Source: an uncultured candidatus Porisulfidus sp. (GTDB lineage Bacteria; Pseudomonadota; Gammaproteobacteria; Poriferisulfidales; Poriferisulfidaceae). From it: 64,000 nucleotides of DNA. The stretch covers positions 640,001 through 704,000 of the forward strand of contig OZ220480.1 in the NCBI GenBank assembly GCA_965116025.1, written 5' to 3'. Below are positions 63,192-64,000 of this stretch, in pieces (position 1 is the stretch's first letter; each line of letters opens with the position of its first letter). Both the position numbers and the translations under genes were made by a program. The notes under the pieces were generated by a model that saw nothing but the letters and a program-made list of their open reading frames with translations, was not told the origin of the DNA and made no database searches.

Positions 63192-63692
63192 TCAGCGAGA
63201 CAGCGCGCGGCCGCGGCGGATCTTGTTCTGCAACTGCATGACCCCGTACAGCAGCGCCTCCGCCGTCGGCGGGCAACCCGGCACGTAGATGTCGACCGGC
63301 ACGATCCGGTCGCAGCCGCGCACCACGGAATACGAATAATGGTAATAGCCCCCGCCGTTGGCGCAGGAGCCCATCGAGATCACCCACTTCGGGTCCGGCA
63401 TCTGGTCGTACACGCGGCGCAAGGCCGGGGCCATCTTGTTGACCAGGGTGCCCGCCACGATCATCACGTCCGACTGCCGCGGGCTCGGGCGGAACAGCGT
63501 CCCGAAGCGGTCCAGGTCGTAGCGCGAGGCGCCGGCGTGCATCATCTCCACCGCGCAGCAGGCGAGCCCGAAGGTCATGGGCCACAGCGAGCCGGCCCGC
63601 GCCCAACCGACCAGCCGGTCGGCGCTGGTCACCAGGAAGCCGCGCCGAAGCCGCTCCGCCTCCCGCGGGCGAAGCTCGTCCATCAGTCCCAT
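63192..63692 (-). CDS. nuoB: NADH-quinone oxidoreductase subunit B
   Basis: '[10 protein letters not shown]', '[10 protein letters not shown]' and 'YVPGCPP'. Confidence 0.96.
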   Translation of the reverse strand: MGLMDELRPREAERLRRGFLVTSADRLVGWARAGSLWPMTFGLACCAVEMMHAGASRYDLDRFGTLFRPSPRQSDVMIVAGTLVNKMAPALRRVYDQMPDPKWVISMGSCANGGGYYHYSYSVVRGCDRIVPVDIYVPGCPPTAEALLYGVMQLQNKIRRGRALSR

Positions 63693-64000
63693 TCCAAAGC
63701 CCCCCGCCGCCACTCGAACGCGAAGCCGACCGCCAGGATCAGCAGGAACGCCGCCATCGAGACCAATCCGTACGTCCCGATCTCGTCGAGCGCCACCGCC
63801 CACGGAAACAGGAAGGCCACCTCCAGATCGAACAGCACGAACAGGATCACCACGAGGTAGTAGCGCACGTCGAAGCGCATGCGCGCGTCCTCGAACTCGT
63901 CGAAGCCGCACTCGTACGGCCGGGCCTTGTCCGGGTTCGGGTTCCGCCGCGAGATCAGGCGCCCCAGCAGCAGCACGGCGCACCCGACTCCCGCGCCCGC
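63683..64000 (-). CDS. nuoA: NADH-quinone oxidoreductase subunit A (5'-truncated by the window edge)
   Basis: 'PYECGF', '[22 protein letters not shown]' and 'GALEWD'. Confidence 0.95.
   Translation of the reverse strand, partial: AGAGVGCAVLLLGRLISRRNPNPDKARPYECGFDEFEDARMRFDVRYYLVVILFVLFDLEVAFLFPWAVALDEIGTYGLVSMAAFLLILAVGFAFEWRRGALEWD

Overview
GC-rich, gammaproteobacterium-like chromosomal window made mostly of housekeeping genes: a partial RND permease, atpIBEFHAGDC, glmU-glmS, dksA, a DJ-1 protein, ctpA, ArsR-rhodanese-grxC-secB-gpsA-pyrD, mnmG-rsmG-parA-parB, rpmH-rnpA-yidD-yidC-mnmE, cytochrome c4-dsbA, polA and nuoA-N. A visibly more AT-rich accessory island (about 26.4-38.3 kb) interrupts it. 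The island holds a tightly packed seven-gene cassette: GHKL-type ATPase (5' end behind a C20 tract, out of frame as sequenced), two unknown proteins, a Cys-rich PAPS-reductase/PP-loop protein, a cysteine desulfurase, a DUF262-DUF1524 (GmrSD/SspE-like) protein and an SBD-like HNH nuclease. This looks like a candidate sulfur-based DNA modification/defence system that lacks the recognisable Dnd/Ssp core genes. Other points of interest are a probable sigmaE-driven sRNA downstream of polA, three internally deleted IS remnants, an engB pseudogene missing its P-loop, a Fic-like protein missing its Fic core, and a broken-up oriC-region gene cluster with no dnaA next to rpmH. All family assignments come from motif recognition by eye; no searches were run.
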